A stretch of DNA of 64,000 nt from a virus (IMGVR_UViG_3300037400_003880), one strand, 5' to 3'; positions 34,885 through 46,566 are shown, numbered from the stretch's first letter. Notes: generated by a model not told the origin, from the letters alone. Made by a program: numbers and translations.

Positions 34885-36572
34885 AACAATTCCTCAATAC
34901 TAACGTTCTTTAGTCGTTCTTTTCTTTCTCGTTCATCTCCGAATGCCTTTGTCACTTCATCCAATAATGACTGAGGGGCAATTTCTGGACTAAAGTTTTC
35001 AATCAATTGCTGTTCCATATCATCAGTAACTTCTCCTTCATTATAAAGAAGTTCCAAATCTATTAGTTCTTGATCTTTAGTTTGAATAAAATCAACAATT
35101 TGAAATTCTCCAATTGCTTTTAAATCAGGTGTAGTAACAAACAAATCATATCTTCGGCAAGTACCCAAATCCATTTTTGACCAGACTCTTACCATTGTCC
35201 ATCGTCCTCGACGATTTTTAAAAATATCTGTAACACAATCTGGAGAAAAACTAAATAATTTTTGGAAGCCCGCGACAACTTTCAATTCTTCAATTGATGG
35301 ACGAGACATAATACAAGCAAAGTCACACAAGTCAACAATTGCTTTAGAGCCTCTAATATTTCTAAAATCTTTAAAACCATCTCCTTCATCATTACTAATT
35401 TGAGTTGCAGTTAATGTAAAAACATCCAATTCTACTGTAACATTTTTAAGAGCAGTTGTAAATAATCTTAGACATACATCTTCTCTTAATCCTAAATCAC
35501 GATATTCATTTAACATCGCCGGAGAAGAGAAAATGTAATCATAAAAGAAGTTTTCGACACCCTTTTGAAGATTATATTTTCTAAATAGATTTTTTATTAC
35601 TGAAGCACTTGGATCAGGAATCTGTGCAGTTAAAAAGTTATCCTTATACATTTCCATAATATTTAAGGCTTTTGAAATTCGATCCATATGCTCCGGTCCA
35701 AAAGTACCATATAGGAACATTTCTTCATTATAACCAGTTAGATAAGCGAGAATCATTGTTTGAATCTCTGCTGGTTCTTGCTCAGTCATAATATAAAGAA
35801 CCTTTTCAGGTTTTCCTGTTGAAATCCATTTATGATATTTCGGCTCATACCTAATTGGATATGCAATATTACAAGCATCGCCGACCATCGTTCTCGTTTT
35901 ACCAACACCAGAGCCGGCACTTCTTAAATAAAGTTTCCCCTTTCTTCCTCCTCTAGTTATGGTATTAAAAATGTCTCCCTAAAGTCTTACGCCAACTTCT
36001 GGCTAAATCTGAAGAGAAGCTATTAAATCTTTAACGCCATCAAATGCAGTTCCTTCTTTAACGAAAGTATTGATGACATAACGATTTTCGAGGTCTGCAA
36101 TTTCACCCTTTATTTGGTTAAGAATATCCCCAGTATTGAGCTTTTCAAACTTTTCATTAATTGAGAAATGATTTTCTTCTAAAGGGTCTTCAGAATATAT
36201 ATTACTTACATCATATCCTTTTCTTTGGAGCTCTCTAACAAGATTAAGCTTTTTAAATTTTCTATAATAATATGCAAAGTTACTTGGCTCGCTATGAGTT
36301 TCACAATCAAGTAAAAATTGCGTGCCATTTTCTCTTTCCATAATATTTTTTGCAATGTCATTCTCTCCAAGATAAGCGTCAATATCTGTTGCATGAATCT
36401 TTTCTGCTCCTCCAACATACAAATTATAAATTGCTGAAAATACAAATTTGTCGAGTTGCTAGGAGAAGTCAGAAGGCTCTAGCTGATATTTATCAATATC
36501 ACTCAGAAGCTCTGGGCGTGCCATTATGCCGCCAAGAATCTGAATAACAGTCTTTCTATCAACAGTTATCAT
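34881..36572 (-). CDS. dnaB: Replicative DnaB-like helicase (563 aa, 3 TAG=Gln)
   Basis: Walker A RSAGSGVGKT lies between two track fragments; FFYDYI; ATQ; RGSK; FKNRRG. Confidence 0.88.
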
Positions 36573-37296
36573 CAATATCGCTCCCTAACTGATTAATATC
36601 AATCATCTTTTTCTTCTTTTTCTGCCCAATATAATCAGAGGGATTATATTTAATTTCAATTCGATCTTGTTCAAGTTGTCTTTGAATTGCCTTACTAATT
36701 TCGTCAGCCTTTTTCGCTTGCTTCTCATAATAGTATTTAGCTTCTTCATAAATAAAAGGAATAATACCGATTGAGCCACGAGCTTTTTCAGTGCTATTCT
36801 TTTTAATTTCATAAAAATATTTTAAAGTTAAAAGCTGTCCACGATAAGGCATTCCTTGTCTTTTAAATTTCTGCATTTGAGTAACGTTCCAATCACTAAC
36901 CGGTTTATCTTCAGAGTATTGACCAAATAGTCTAAAAATAAAATACCATAATGCATCTCTATCATTATTTTGATTTTTAGCCAACGCCAAATTCTCTTCT
37001 GATAAATGCTTTTTTACAGAAGACGCAGAAATGCCAAGTTCCCTTGCGACTTGGCTCATATTTTTACATTCCGCATATTTTGTATTAATTTGCTCAATAA
37101 TATCTTCCGTAATTTTAATTCGATTTTTCTTTTCCTCTTCTTTTAAATTTAGTGGGGCCGCTTCATATACGGTTAAATATTTTGAAACTGTTGAGACAGA
37201 AATGCCCAGCTATTCTGCAACTTTCTTTTTTATACCAAGCTCTTTATATAAAATTGGAATCTTCTGAATAATTTCTTCGTCAAGTTTCTTAGCCAT
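36559..37296 (-). CDS. Tandem-HTH protein upstream of the helicase (245 aa; possible loader or regulator)
   Basis: Two HTH-like units KVAEQLGISVSTVSKY (Q=TAG) and QVARELGISASSVKKH. Confidence 0.7.
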
Positions 37297-37330
37297 TTAT
37301 ACTCACCCTTTTCTTTTAATTTCTATATAT

Positions 37331-37359
37331 ATTATAACATATTTTTTTATAAAAGTCAA
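37331..37359 (-). promoter_or_regulatory. sigmaA-type promoter of the helicase/primase/recJ operon
   Basis: TTGACT-17-TATAAT with TG. Confidence 0.85.
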
Positions 37360-37364
37360 TAAAA

Positions 37365-37389
37365 TAGGCGGTACATTAAGTACCGCCTA
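37365..37389 (-). terminator. Intrinsic terminator after phoH
   Basis: TAGGCGGTAC-TTAAT-GTACCGCCTA followed by TTTT on -. Confidence 0.75.
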
Positions 37390-37393
37390 CCAA

Positions 37394-38644
37394 TTAAATA
37401 CCACCAGTTAAATCGTCTAAGTAAGAAGATGCCTGTGCAGTTAAACTTCTTTCTGTGGTTACTAACTTAACAGTAGCAAAAATTTTAGAGTAAACGGGTG
37501 ATTTCCTTAAATTAAGCAGTAGCTTCAATCCATTTTTATTTCTAAAGATTGCACTATCTGCCTGCTTAAGGTCTCCATCAAAGAAAATTCTTGACCCCTC
37601 TCCACAACGAGCAATTAAAAGTTTAATATGATCTTCTGTTAAATTTTGTGCTTCATTTACAATAATAATTGTATCCTAAAAGCTACGACCTCGAATAGAA
37701 TTCATAGGCACAACTTCCAGCTCTTCTCTCTTAATCATTTCTTGAACTTCATCAATACCAACAAGGTCTACAAGCGGTCCGATTTGTCCAGTAACTTTTT
37801 CGAGAAGCTCACCCGGCAATGCGCCAATATCCATAGTGTTTTCGGTATAAGAGTTATTAGGAACATAAACGATTTTTTTGATTTTTCCTTTTTCAAGCTC
37901 TTGTATTGCAAAATTGTTTAGAATAAAACTTTTACCTGTACCAAATTTTCCTCCAGCATAAATAATCGTTTTATTTCTATCTGAAAGAGCTTCAAATAAA
38001 CAAGACTGTTCTGGATTTCTAGGAGTAATAGGTTTCTTAAACCATTTGTTTTCAATGCGCCCATCAAAGAAATTTTTTAGCTTACCATTACTATAAATGA
38101 AAGTAGCTAAAGTCTCATAGTCTTCCTCTCCATGCTTATTCTTTATTGGTGCTCCTAAATCTTTTACAATAACAAATTCGTTCTCATAAAGCTAAATATT
38201 TTCATCTGGGAACTAATGATTATTCATCATAAAATCTAAATCCTTATGATAGCGATTTTCATCAGTTTGCAAAAATACAGTCCTTACACCAGAATAACTT
38301 TCAGAGCTGCCATAGCCACGAGATTTAATTCCTTTGATATGCGCCTTAACTTTTAAATACACATCATTAGTAATTAATTCACCAAAGCACTCATCTGCGC
38401 ATAAAAGTAACTTGTCATCAACGCTTTTTGTCAAATTCTCATAGCAATCTTTGAAAGTTATATCAGACAAATGATGTGAAATTGTGACAGCCGCGCGGCG
38501 AGCTTTAAAAGAAGTTTCAAAGCTTGGATTTAATTTTAATCCATCAAGTTCCCTTAAAACTTCTACTAGAATTATTATATCTTTTTCTTCATCAAGTATT
38601 TGCGGGAAGTCTAAAAGAATGTTTGTATCTACAATTTTTAGCAT
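37394..38644 (-). CDS. phoH: PIN-domain plus PhoH-family ATPase (416 aa, TAG=Gln)
   Basis: IVDTNILL (PIN); PRNPEQ; GKFGTGKS; IRGRSFQ; NEAQN; DGDLKQAD. Confidence 0.9.
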
Positions 38645-38664
38645 TTATACCCTCCTATAAAAAT

Positions 38665-38693
38665 AAGGGGAAAGACTTTTAATCTTCCCCCTT
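38665..38693 (-). terminator. Probable terminator
   Basis: Imperfect GGGGAAAGA/TCTTCCCC stem with T tract on -. Confidence 0.5.
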
Positions 38694-38698
38694 TAGTA

Positions 38699-39676
38699 TT
38701 AGAGCAAAGCTCGAATTTCAAATAAAACTTTTTGCAAAGTGTCTACTTGTTCTGGGAGAATTTCGCTGAATTTAATTGATTTACCGAATTCCTTTTCAAG
38801 AATCTGAGCCGCCTGAGCGTGTAAATCTTTCTGGATAAGCTGACCCCATAATGTCTTTGCTTCCTCCATAAGCTCGTCAAAATTAGCTTGCTGAGTATAT
38901 GGATTTTCTTCTTCAGTCGCTGTTCCACCAGTATGAGCAACTTCTTCATCAATTGCATTATAAATTGCGTCTACCAATTGATTATAGTCAAGAGAAATAC
39001 GAGGAACGATATATTTATATCGAGATTTTGCTAAAAATCTATCTCCGACTTCATCCCTTAAGAACATAAATCGCTTACGATCAATAGCCTCTCCATTAGG
39101 AATAGAGATTTCTCTAATATAAGCAATAATATCTACCATCTTATTGATGATGTCGAAAGGACGTGCAGGGAGTGCAGGTACAATCATTGTATACTCTTCT
39201 CCCTTTTCATTCTTATATGTCTTTTCAGTAGAGTGGCTAGTAAAGATTAAACCATAACCACTATATGCCAAGTCTCTGAAGGTTTGAGCATATTCCTTTT
39301 TTGCAAGGTCATAACCCTAACCCCAAGGAAGTTCTCTAAGTTCATCTACGCCATTCTGATTGCAAACGAATTTAGAGCAGAGCGCCCAAGCTTCATCGGC
39401 AGTATCAATAGCAATAGCATGGAACTTTTCTTTCAGCTCTTCCTTTCTGCACAACTGATTGACCATTTGTTTCCAGTCTTGCCAAGTCTTAATTGGCTAA
39501 ACATAAACATTGTTCAATGCATTAGTACCCATTTCAAATCCTGCAATAAGTACCTTATCAAACTGTGCCGCGAGGCTTGTTTTTCCTACACCAGGAAGAC
39601 CATAAAGCATCATATATTTGCCACGAAGATTCTTACTAATCTGTTGTGGTTCAAGTGAGAGCAAATCAATAGCCAT
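38699..39676 (-). CDS. AAA_24 / Sak4-like P-loop ATPase, ssDNA-annealing recombinase (325 aa)
   Basis: YGLPGVGKTS, IAIDT, PWGQGY (Q=TAG), FTSH; adjacent to SSB. Confidence 0.8.
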
Positions 39677-39718
39677 TTAGTATCCCTCCAATTAAGATTT
39701 TAGACAGAAGACTTTGGA

Positions 39719-40609
39719 TTAAAATCCGAAGTCTACTGGCTTATTCTTATTGGAAGCCTTTGTGGTTGAAGGATTGTCTGCAAGAGCCTTATGTGCTTCT
39801 GCTCTCTCGGTAAGAGCGTTCTTAATAGAGTCTGCATCATAAGACAATGCCTCTTCAAGACCACTAGGAGAACCACCTGTGATGATAAGTTCCTTCTTAG
39901 ATACGGTTCTGGTTCTGATAATTGGCTCACCAAATCCCTGTGCTTCCTTAAAAGTCTCAGACTTGTGAGTCATATTGATTCGACCAGCTACCTTAACAGT
40001 ATCCTGTGGCTGCCAATTAGCAGAAATAAACTCTGCCGCGCTACCTTGCGCAATGAGTTCAATCTTATTAGCCTTTTCGCCCCAAGTGATAACAATGAAA
40101 TCTACAATAGTTCTGCCAGTTTCATTACCATCTCTATCAAGCTCCGGACGCATCTTACCTACTACACCAGAAAGCTCAAAAGTTGCCTGCTCAAGATCAT
40201 CCTTACGAGCTTCATTCAAGAAGTTTGCAGAAATCTGGAAAGTAGAACGAACAATGTTGCTCTTCTGGTCAAACCAAGCATTCTCTTCAACTCTTGCACC
40301 TCTAATAGTTACACGAGAAGCCTTGCTTTCATCCTCTGCCGCAGCAACAGAAGTAAACTGATCCTTATAACCAACGATTCTATCGTAAAGTTTATTATCA
40401 GTTCCATCACTCTTCTTTCTCATTGCGAAGAGCTTAACAGGGATGATGTTTTCAACAACCTCTCCATTAATCTCCTAGTCAACACGAACAGACGCAGTTC
40501 CGCGCACATAATCCTTACCAGCACTGGATTTACCTTCTGTAATCTCCAACTCGTTAAGAACACCGCTTACATAAATTTCATTATCACTCAACTTCTTAGT
40601 ATCAAACAT
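39719..40609 (-). CDS. ssb: Single-stranded DNA-binding protein, tandem OB-like (296 aa)
   Basis: Beta-rich, ends in acidic/aromatic VDFGF; one TAG; strongly biased codons; replication context. Confidence 0.7.
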
Positions 40610-40658
40610 TAAAATTCAACTCCTTAAAATCAATCCAGTTTTGTTTTCTTATTTATAA

Positions 40659-40682
40659 GCGGCCCCATATTACAGGGGCCGC
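40659..40682 (-). terminator. GC-rich hairpin terminator
   Basis: GCGGCCCC-8 nt-GGGGCCGC. Confidence 0.65.
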
Positions 40683-40704
40683 CTTAAATTTTAGACTAAT
40701 TTAA

Positions 40705-41004
40705 TTAGTCTTCTGCCTCTACTTCTGCATCAGGATCAAATGCCGCGCCTGCCTCAGTAAGTGCAAAATACTTAACCTCACGAGTCTTAACATCGCCCTT
40801 CTCAGTAGTATACTCCTCAGTCTCAGTGAAACGTTCAGCATAACCCTTACGAACAAGTCCAGTTACAGAACCAGTTACAGAGCCAGCCTTCTCAAAACCG
40901 AGATCCTTCTGTACCTACTTAGTGGTAAACTTAACACCAGCACCTGCTGCCTTGAGATACTCGAATACCTTTCTTGAATTTTCAGTCATCTTAGTCTTTG
41001 CCAT
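40705..41004 (-). CDS. Small winged-helix-like DNA-binding protein (99 aa)
   Basis: MAKTKMTENSRKVFEYLK...SVTGLVRKGY...YFALTEAG; one TAG; absent from the track. Confidence 0.7.
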
Positions 41005-41095
41005 TAAAATCACTCCTTAAAAATTTTGAAATATAAAATTTATTTAATAAAATAGCAGCGGGTTTTCCGCATTGTGCTATTTATTTTATATATTT

Positions 41096-41124
41096 ATTAT
41101 ACCATTATTCTTTTAAAAAATCAA
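41096..41124 (-). promoter_or_regulatory. sigmaA-type promoter
   Basis: TTGATT-17-TATAAT with TG. Confidence 0.7.
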
Positions 41125-41509
41125 TATTTTCACTTGATGAATCTATCAATTTTTTGATTAATGAATCGGCTAGTGCAATACCCTTATTAAGGGTTTTAAC
41201 TTGTTTGCTCATTTGTTCTTTCATGAATAAGAAACATAATCCAACTCTTGATATTTCAGCGAGAGACAAATTAAAGTCTCTATCAAGTAGTTTTCGTCTA
41301 ATATTTTCAAACGAGGTCGCATCATGTTGAATTGACTTAACAAAACTTTCAGCTTTCTCGTCTTTGGGAAGACTCTCATGAAGAGTCCCGTCTTCATTTA
41401 AAAATTTTTCTTTAATACCATAGATTGCATCGAGATAGGATGTGACAGCGACTAACGCCGCATCCCTATTCTCTTTGATATATTCTATCTTTTTCTCTTG
41501 TGTTAACAT
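41105..41509 (-). CDS. Hypothetical helical protein
   Basis: Track ORF coupled to the gyrA stop. Confidence 0.7.
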   Translation of the reverse strand: MLTQEKKIEYIKENRDAALVAVTSYLDAIYGIKEKFLNEDGTLHESLPKDEKAESFVKSIQHDATSFENIRRKLLDRDFNLSLAEISRVGLCFLFMKEQMSKQVKTLNKGIALADSLIKKLIDSSSENIDFLKE

Positions 41510-41511
41510 TC

Positions 41512-43884
41512 CTAACTCCTAATCAAATCGAGTGCGATGTCATTATCATCAATAGAGATGGCTTTGACACCAGTTGCAGAACGGGAAAGCACACGAAGTT
41601 CAGCAGTTGAAATCTTGATGCTCTTCCGCTTTACTATAATAATTATATCACAATCCTTTTCAAAAGTCAAATATTTAACTATCCTATCCCCATCACGCAC
41701 GTCAGAAATCTTCTTTCCTTTAATGCCGCGACTACATACTGGGAATTCTTCAAGAGTAGTTTTCTTGATAAGACCATGTTCAGAAAGTGTAACCATATAT
41801 TTATCATTTGATTTGATAATATGAGCGTCAATTACATAATTATTATCAGACAATTTAATTGCTTTTACCCCCATCGTTGCACGACCGGTTGCTCTTATAT
41901 CATCTGTATTAATAATAACATAATTTCCTTCAAAAGTCAATATACCAACTTGTTCATCATTCATAAAGAGAACATTTACTACTTCATCGTCATCCTTGAG
42001 GTTGATAGCCTTCAAAGACTTTCCACGTTTGTGGTCATATTCTTCCGCTGAAGTCTTTTTAATTATACCATATTTTGTAATGAAAATAAAGTATTTAACT
42101 TCTGTCTTCCGATTAATTGAAGTGATAGTAGTAATTTTTTCTCCTCGATCAAACTCAAATAGTTGTGCTGCATTTACTTTTGCATTAATCGGCAAATCAT
42201 CAATTGAAAGATGGTACATCTGTCCTTTATTAGAGAAGATAAGTAAAGAGCTAAAGTTATTATCGCTAATAGTCTTTACAATAACTTCATTGTCAGCAAG
42301 TTTGATTTTTGTTCCCTTGCCGCCGCGTCTTGTTTTTACCAAAGTTGTCGATTCTTGAGTATAAATATTACCAAGATTTGTATAATAAATAAGAAGTTCC
42401 TTCTTTTCAATAGGTTCTGCATCTTCTGCTTCTCCCTTGAAATCCAAGTCCATTAAACGAGTTCTTCTTTCGTCTCCAAACTTTTTGATAACTTTTCTCA
42501 TTCCTTCTTCGATTTCCTTATAAAGGAGCGAGTTATCATTAAGAATCTTCTTAATTTGTTCAGCTTCACCGAGAATTTTCTCTTTTTCGTCTTTTAAAGA
42601 TTGAATCTCTAATCCAATTAACCTACTCAAAGGCATTTTCAAAATTGCATCAGATTGTTCTTCATTAAAACCATACCTTAAAGTTAATTTCTCTTTTGCA
42701 TCCGTTTTATTATCTGCTGTCTTAATAATTTCAACAACATCATCAATATTAGCGATTGCGATAAGAAGACCATCAATGATGTTAACTCTTGCGGCAATTT
42801 TATCCAAATCCCACTGATACATCCTTGTCTTACAATTAATCTCATGGTCAATATGAGCCAAGAGGGCATCTCTCCAACCATAAACACGAGGGAAGCGCCC
42901 ATTTTCAAGCATTACCATATTAATTGTAAAACTATCTTCTAAAGAAGTTAACTTAAATAGTTGCTTAATTAGACGAGAAGGATTTGTATTCTTTTCAAGT
43001 TCAATCTTTAATTGAGACTTCGCTGTCGATTGGTCAAGAACTCTTGCAATGCCTAATAGCTCTCCGCTATTTATTAGGCTTTCAATTTGTTCCATAATTT
43101 TCCCTACATGAACTCCATACGGAATTTCTGTAAAGATAACTGAATTATCCTTTTCATCATATGTTGCTGTACTACGAAGTCTAATAGACCCACCATGACC
43201 AGTCTTTAAAAGCTCCTTAACCGCGGATGCATTAAGAATTGTTCCTCCAGTACAAAAGTCTGGCGGACAATAAATTTCATCATAGTCGGCATCTCTATTC
43301 CAAAGCAGTTTAATCATAGCTTCATTAACTTCAGTTAAGTTAAACTGAGGAATAGAACTTGCAAGACCAGTCGCAATACCAGTTGTACCGTTACAAATAT
43401 TATAAAAGCCAAGTGATGGAGTTACTCCGGGGAACTGCTCTGTATCGTCATAGTTATCATACCATTCATCAATACAATGTTTATCAATGCCTTCAAAAAG
43501 CAGGCACCCAAGCTCTCCTACTCTCATTTCCGTATAACGGGCCGCAGATGCTTTACCATTAGTAACATGACCACACTGTCCATCAAAATCTTCAAGCAGA
43601 TACCTTAAACTAAAGGGCTGTGCCATTCTTACCAAAAGGTCATAACAAGCTTGGTCACCATGAACATAGAAGTGATCCATTGCTGCCGCAACTGACTTAT
43701 GAGATTTCTTAAACGGCTTTTTGTAAGTAATTTTTTCGAGAATTTGTGCATACATACATTGACGCGCGGCAGGCTTCATGCAGTCCCGCGCGTCAACGAT
43801 AGCTCTATCTTCAATTGTCATCCCGGCATAAATACCGAAACTTTCATTTACAACACTCAAAAGGTCAATATTCATATTTCTCAC
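41512..43884 (-). CDS. gyrA: Type IIA topoisomerase subunit A (GyrA/ParC) with beta-pinwheel CTD
   Basis: DGCKP-like DCMKP, HGD, ARYTE catalytic Tyr, RRGGKG and further CTD blade repeats. Confidence 0.92.
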   Translation of the reverse strand: MRNMNIDLLSVVNESFGIYAGMTIEDRAIVDARDCMKPAARQCMYAQILEKITYKKPFKKSHKSVAAAMDHFYVHGDQACYDLLVRMAQPFSLRYLLEDFDGQCGHVTNGKASAARYTEMRVGELGCLLFEGIDKHCIDEWYDNYDDTEQFPGVTPSLGFYNICNGTTGIATGLASSIPQFNLTEVNEAMIKLLWNRDADYDEIYCPPDFCTGGTILNASAVKELLKTGHGGSIRLRSTATYDEKDNSVIFTEIPYGVHVGKIMEQIESLINSGELLGIARVLDQSTAKSQLKIELEKNTNPSRLIKQLFKLTSLEDSFTINMVMLENGRFPRVYGWRDALLAHIDHEINCKTRMYQWDLDKIAARVNIIDGLLIAIANIDDVVEIIKTADNKTDAKEKLTLRYGFNEEQSDAILKMPLSRLIGLEIQSLKDEKEKILGEAEQIKKILNDNSLLYKEIEEGMRKVIKKFGDERRTRLMDLDFKGEAEDAEPIEKKELLIYYTNLGNIYTQESTTLVKTRRGGKGTKIKLADNEVIVKTISDNNFSSLLIFSNKGQMYHLSIDDLPINAKVNAAQLFEFDRGEKITTITSINRKTEVKYFIFITKYGIIKKTSAEEYDHKRGKSLKAINLKDDDEVVNVLFMNDEQVGILTFEGNYVIINTDDIRATGRATMGVKAIKLSDNNYVIDAHIIKSNDKYMVTLSEHGLIKKTTLEEFPVCSRGIKGKKISDVRDGDRIVKYLTFEKDCDIIIIVKRKSIKISTAELRVLSRSATGVKAISIDDNDIALDLIRS

Positions 43885-43902
43885 CTCTCTTAATCTATAA
43901 GT

Positions 43903-43931
43903 ATTATATCATTTTTTATCTAAAAAGTCAA
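43903..43931 (-). promoter_or_regulatory. sigmaA-type promoter of gyrA
   Basis: TTGACT-17-TATAAT with TG. Confidence 0.85.
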
Positions 43932-45803
43932 TTAAGTGGCTCCAAATTTTGAGAAGTCAATCTGAGAGAATACGAAATCCTTTCTCGGTTTTATATCAAC
44001 GCCCATTAGCTGGCAAAGTTGCTCAATCCCTTCTTCAGAATAGATAATTTGATCCATTCTCTGATTACCAGTTGTTGAGAACATAGTTGCTTTAAGGTCA
44101 CGCTCATTAAGCTGTCCAAGTCCTTTTACACGCTTAATGTACCCCTTTAAAGTTCCCCTTACCTTGTCGAACTCATCATCAGAATAATAGCAGCTTAAAG
44201 GATTGCCATTTTTATCCTGCTCAATAAACAAAGGAGAACGTAACCAGAAAACTCTATTTTCCTTCAAGAACCACGGACAAATCCTATGAAGATTTGCAAG
44301 AATGAGCAATGCAATATGATGTCCATCATCATCCGCATCGACGCAAATCGCGATTCTGCCATATCTTAATTTCTTAGGATCAGGTTTATCTGGATCGATA
44401 CCGAGCGCATAAAGAAGAAGTTCAATTTCATTATTCTCATAAAACTTCTTATCATCATCTTCCTTAAGCCCATTAATCATCTTACCACGAAGTCTGACGA
44501 TACCATATTTCTTCGCATCTCTGCCTGCCGCGGCAGCGTTACCCGCGGAATCTCCCTCTACAACGCACAAAATAGAATCTTGTCCAAGGATTTCTGCATC
44601 AGACAGTTTATCAATAAAGGCAATCTTTTTACTTCTCAGTTCGGTCATTTTCTTCTGACGATTGAGAGCATCCTGACGAGCTTTGTCTGCTGCCTTCTCA
44701 GCCTTCTGGAAACGTTTCATCATTTCTATGATTGCTGCAAAGTCTGGAGTATGAGAGAAGTCTTCAAGTCCTTCCTTAAAAGCGGCAGAAGCAAGTGTTC
44801 TCAAGTTTGGATTGTTAATTTTGCTCTTAGTCTGATTTGCAAAAGATGGATTTGCAACTCTACAATTAATAGCATAAACGAGACCTTTTCTAATAAGGTC
44901 AGGGTCAAAATCTTGACCACTTAAACGCTTCATGCTTGTTGTAATTGCCGTTTTAGCTCCGGTAATCGGGACGCCGCCTTCTGGGCAATAAAGTCCATTT
45001 ACAAAAACGTAAGATTTTTCACTTCCGCCAGTCCACATAAAGGCAATTTCGATTTCGTCTACGTCATCTTTCTTTGTTACAATAATAGGAGCATTCATTA
45101 GTGGATCTTTTACATTATCTGTAATAAAGTCTGCAATACCATTTTCAGAATAATATTCTTGCTTTTTTCCTGAAGTGGTCTCAACAATAAAATGGATTCC
45201 TTTATTCAAATAAGAAATATTTTTAATTTCTTCGCAAATCCTGTCATAAGAAAAACCCTCGGTCGCATTAATAAAAACTTCTTCGTCAGGACGGAAAGTT
45301 ATTGTTGTACCAGTTGTTGTTCCAGTATATTCAACTTCCTTGTAATCTTTAAGAATTCCTTGCTCAAAAACTGCCATTGCCGCTTTTCCATCGCGCTCAG
45401 ATTTAACAAGAAATTTATAAGAGGACATACAAACAGCAGTACCACCAATACCATTAAGACCAGAACTGTTCTTATAAGCATTTTTATCAAACTTACCGCC
45501 TGTATGGCTTTCAGTATAAATTGCTACGAGGATATTTCTACCATCCTTAATACCAAAAGGAACTCCTCGTCCAAAGTCTCTTACAGTTACAGTAGTGGAT
45601 GCTTCATCAAGAAGAATATAAATCTTGTCTCCATAACCGGCAAGAGCTTCATCAGTTGAGTTATTTATAATTTCTTTAAGAGCCTGATAAATTCCTTCGG
45701 TGTCATCTGAACCAAGATACATGGGCACTCTACTTCTAATAGCCTCTCTTGTTTCAAGATGTTGGATACTGTCTATTCCATATTCTTTATTCATTTCTTT
45801 CAC
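43932..45803 (-). CDS. gyrB: Type IIA topoisomerase subunit B (GyrB/ParE)
   Basis: EIINNSTDE, DFGRGVP, GLNGIG, EGDSA, RGK, DADDDG, KGLG. Confidence 0.93.
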   Translation of the reverse strand: MKEMNKEYGIDSIQHLETREAIRSRVPMYLGSDDTEGIYQALKEIINNSTDEALAGYGDKIYILLDEASTTVTVRDFGRGVPFGIKDGRNILVAIYTESHTGGKFDKNAYKNSSGLNGIGGTAVCMSSYKFLVKSERDGKAAMAVFEQGILKDYKEVEYTGTTTGTTITFRPDEEVFINATEGFSYDRICEEIKNISYLNKGIHFIVETTSGKKQEYYSENGIADFITDNVKDPLMNAPIIVTKKDDVDEIEIAFMWTGGSEKSYVFVNGLYCPEGGVPITGAKTAITTSMKRLSGQDFDPDLIRKGLVYAINCRVANPSFANQTKSKINNPNLRTLASAAFKEGLEDFSHTPDFAAIIEMMKRFQKAEKAADKARQDALNRQKKMTELRSKKIAFIDKLSDAEILGQDSILCVVEGDSAGNAAAAGRDAKKYGIVRLRGKMINGLKEDDDKKFYENNEIELLLYALGIDPDKPDPKKLRYGRIAICVDADDDGHHIALLILANLHRICPWFLKENRVFWLRSPLFIEQDKNGNPLSCYYSDDEFDKVRGTLKGYIKRVKGLGQLNERDLKATMFSTTGNQRMDQIIYSEEGIEQLCQLMGVDIKPRKDFVFSQIDFSKFGAT

Positions 45804-45821
45804 CTCACCTTTTCTATAAAA

Positions 45822-45870
45822 ATTATATCATAAAATATCAAAAAAGTCAAGATGTTAAATCTTGACTTTT
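45822..45870 (-). promoter_or_regulatory. sigmaA promoter of gyrB whose -35 lies inside an 11-bp terminator-like hairpin
   Basis: TTGACT-17-TATAAT; AAAAGTCAAGA-TGTTAAA-TCTTGACTTTT. Confidence 0.75.
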
Positions 45871-45875
45871 AAATA

Positions 45876-46112
45876 TTATTCTTCGCTATTTGTGTTCTCT
45901 GCCGACGCATCAGTAATCTTTGGCTCAGGGAATGTTACAGTCTTTCCCTCAGAAAAAGAAAGGAAAATAAACATTGTCTCCTCAACATCTTTATTAGAGG
46001 CAGTCTAAGACTCCCATTGCATATTAAGCAACTACACTCCTTTACCATCCTCTACATCTTTAATTGCCTTAACAATTGCTGGTGAAAGAATTACATTATA
46101 AATTTTCTGCAT
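45876..46112 (-). CDS. Small hypothetical protein (78 aa)
   Basis: GGAGTGA RBS after the promoter at 46159-46187; two TAGs. Confidence 0.55.
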
Positions 46113-46158
46113 TTAAATCACTCCTTGATATTTTTGCTTATTTCTAAGCTTTATTAAA

Positions 46159-46187
46159 AGTATACCATAAATAAGATAAAAAGTCAA
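46159..46187 (-). promoter_or_regulatory. sigmaA-type promoter
   Basis: TTGACT-17-TATACT with TG. Confidence 0.75.
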
Positions 46188-46188
46188 A

Positions 46189-46566
46189 TTATTCAGTATT
46201 ATCGTTCCAAATAATTTCTTTTCCGCCAATTTTTTTCCCTTTTCTTTTAAAGCAGGCGGATACAGCTTGTTTTGTTACGCTAGTGTATTCAGTGATTTCC
46301 TTCTGTTTATAAAATGGACGACCATCTATCCAACAAAGAATATTTACTTCTATACTCTTAGGAAAACTTTCACCCGTCCTAATTTGTCGGAAGTATTTGT
46401 CTTTATATCTATTAAGATTTTTTACCGCTGAGTAAATTCCGCTATCTTTATAACCTGGCATATCCTAAGTTATTTCATGAACTGTATTATATACATTTTC
46501 AAATTTTCCATCCTTATTATATACAAGATATTGATAAGAATGTTTGTCATTCTAAATTGAGTTCAT
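46189..46566 (-). CDS. NUMOD1-like DNA-binding protein or homing endonuclease remnant (125 aa)
   Basis: Two TAGs extend the track ORF to ATG 46566; YNKDGKFENVYNTVHEI and VTKQAVSACF repeat-like units. Confidence 0.5.

Noticed and set aside
39791-40612. 273-aa + strand ORF (also 39975..40361)
   Set aside because: Antisense shadow of the strongly codon-biased ssb gene; no RBS or motifs.
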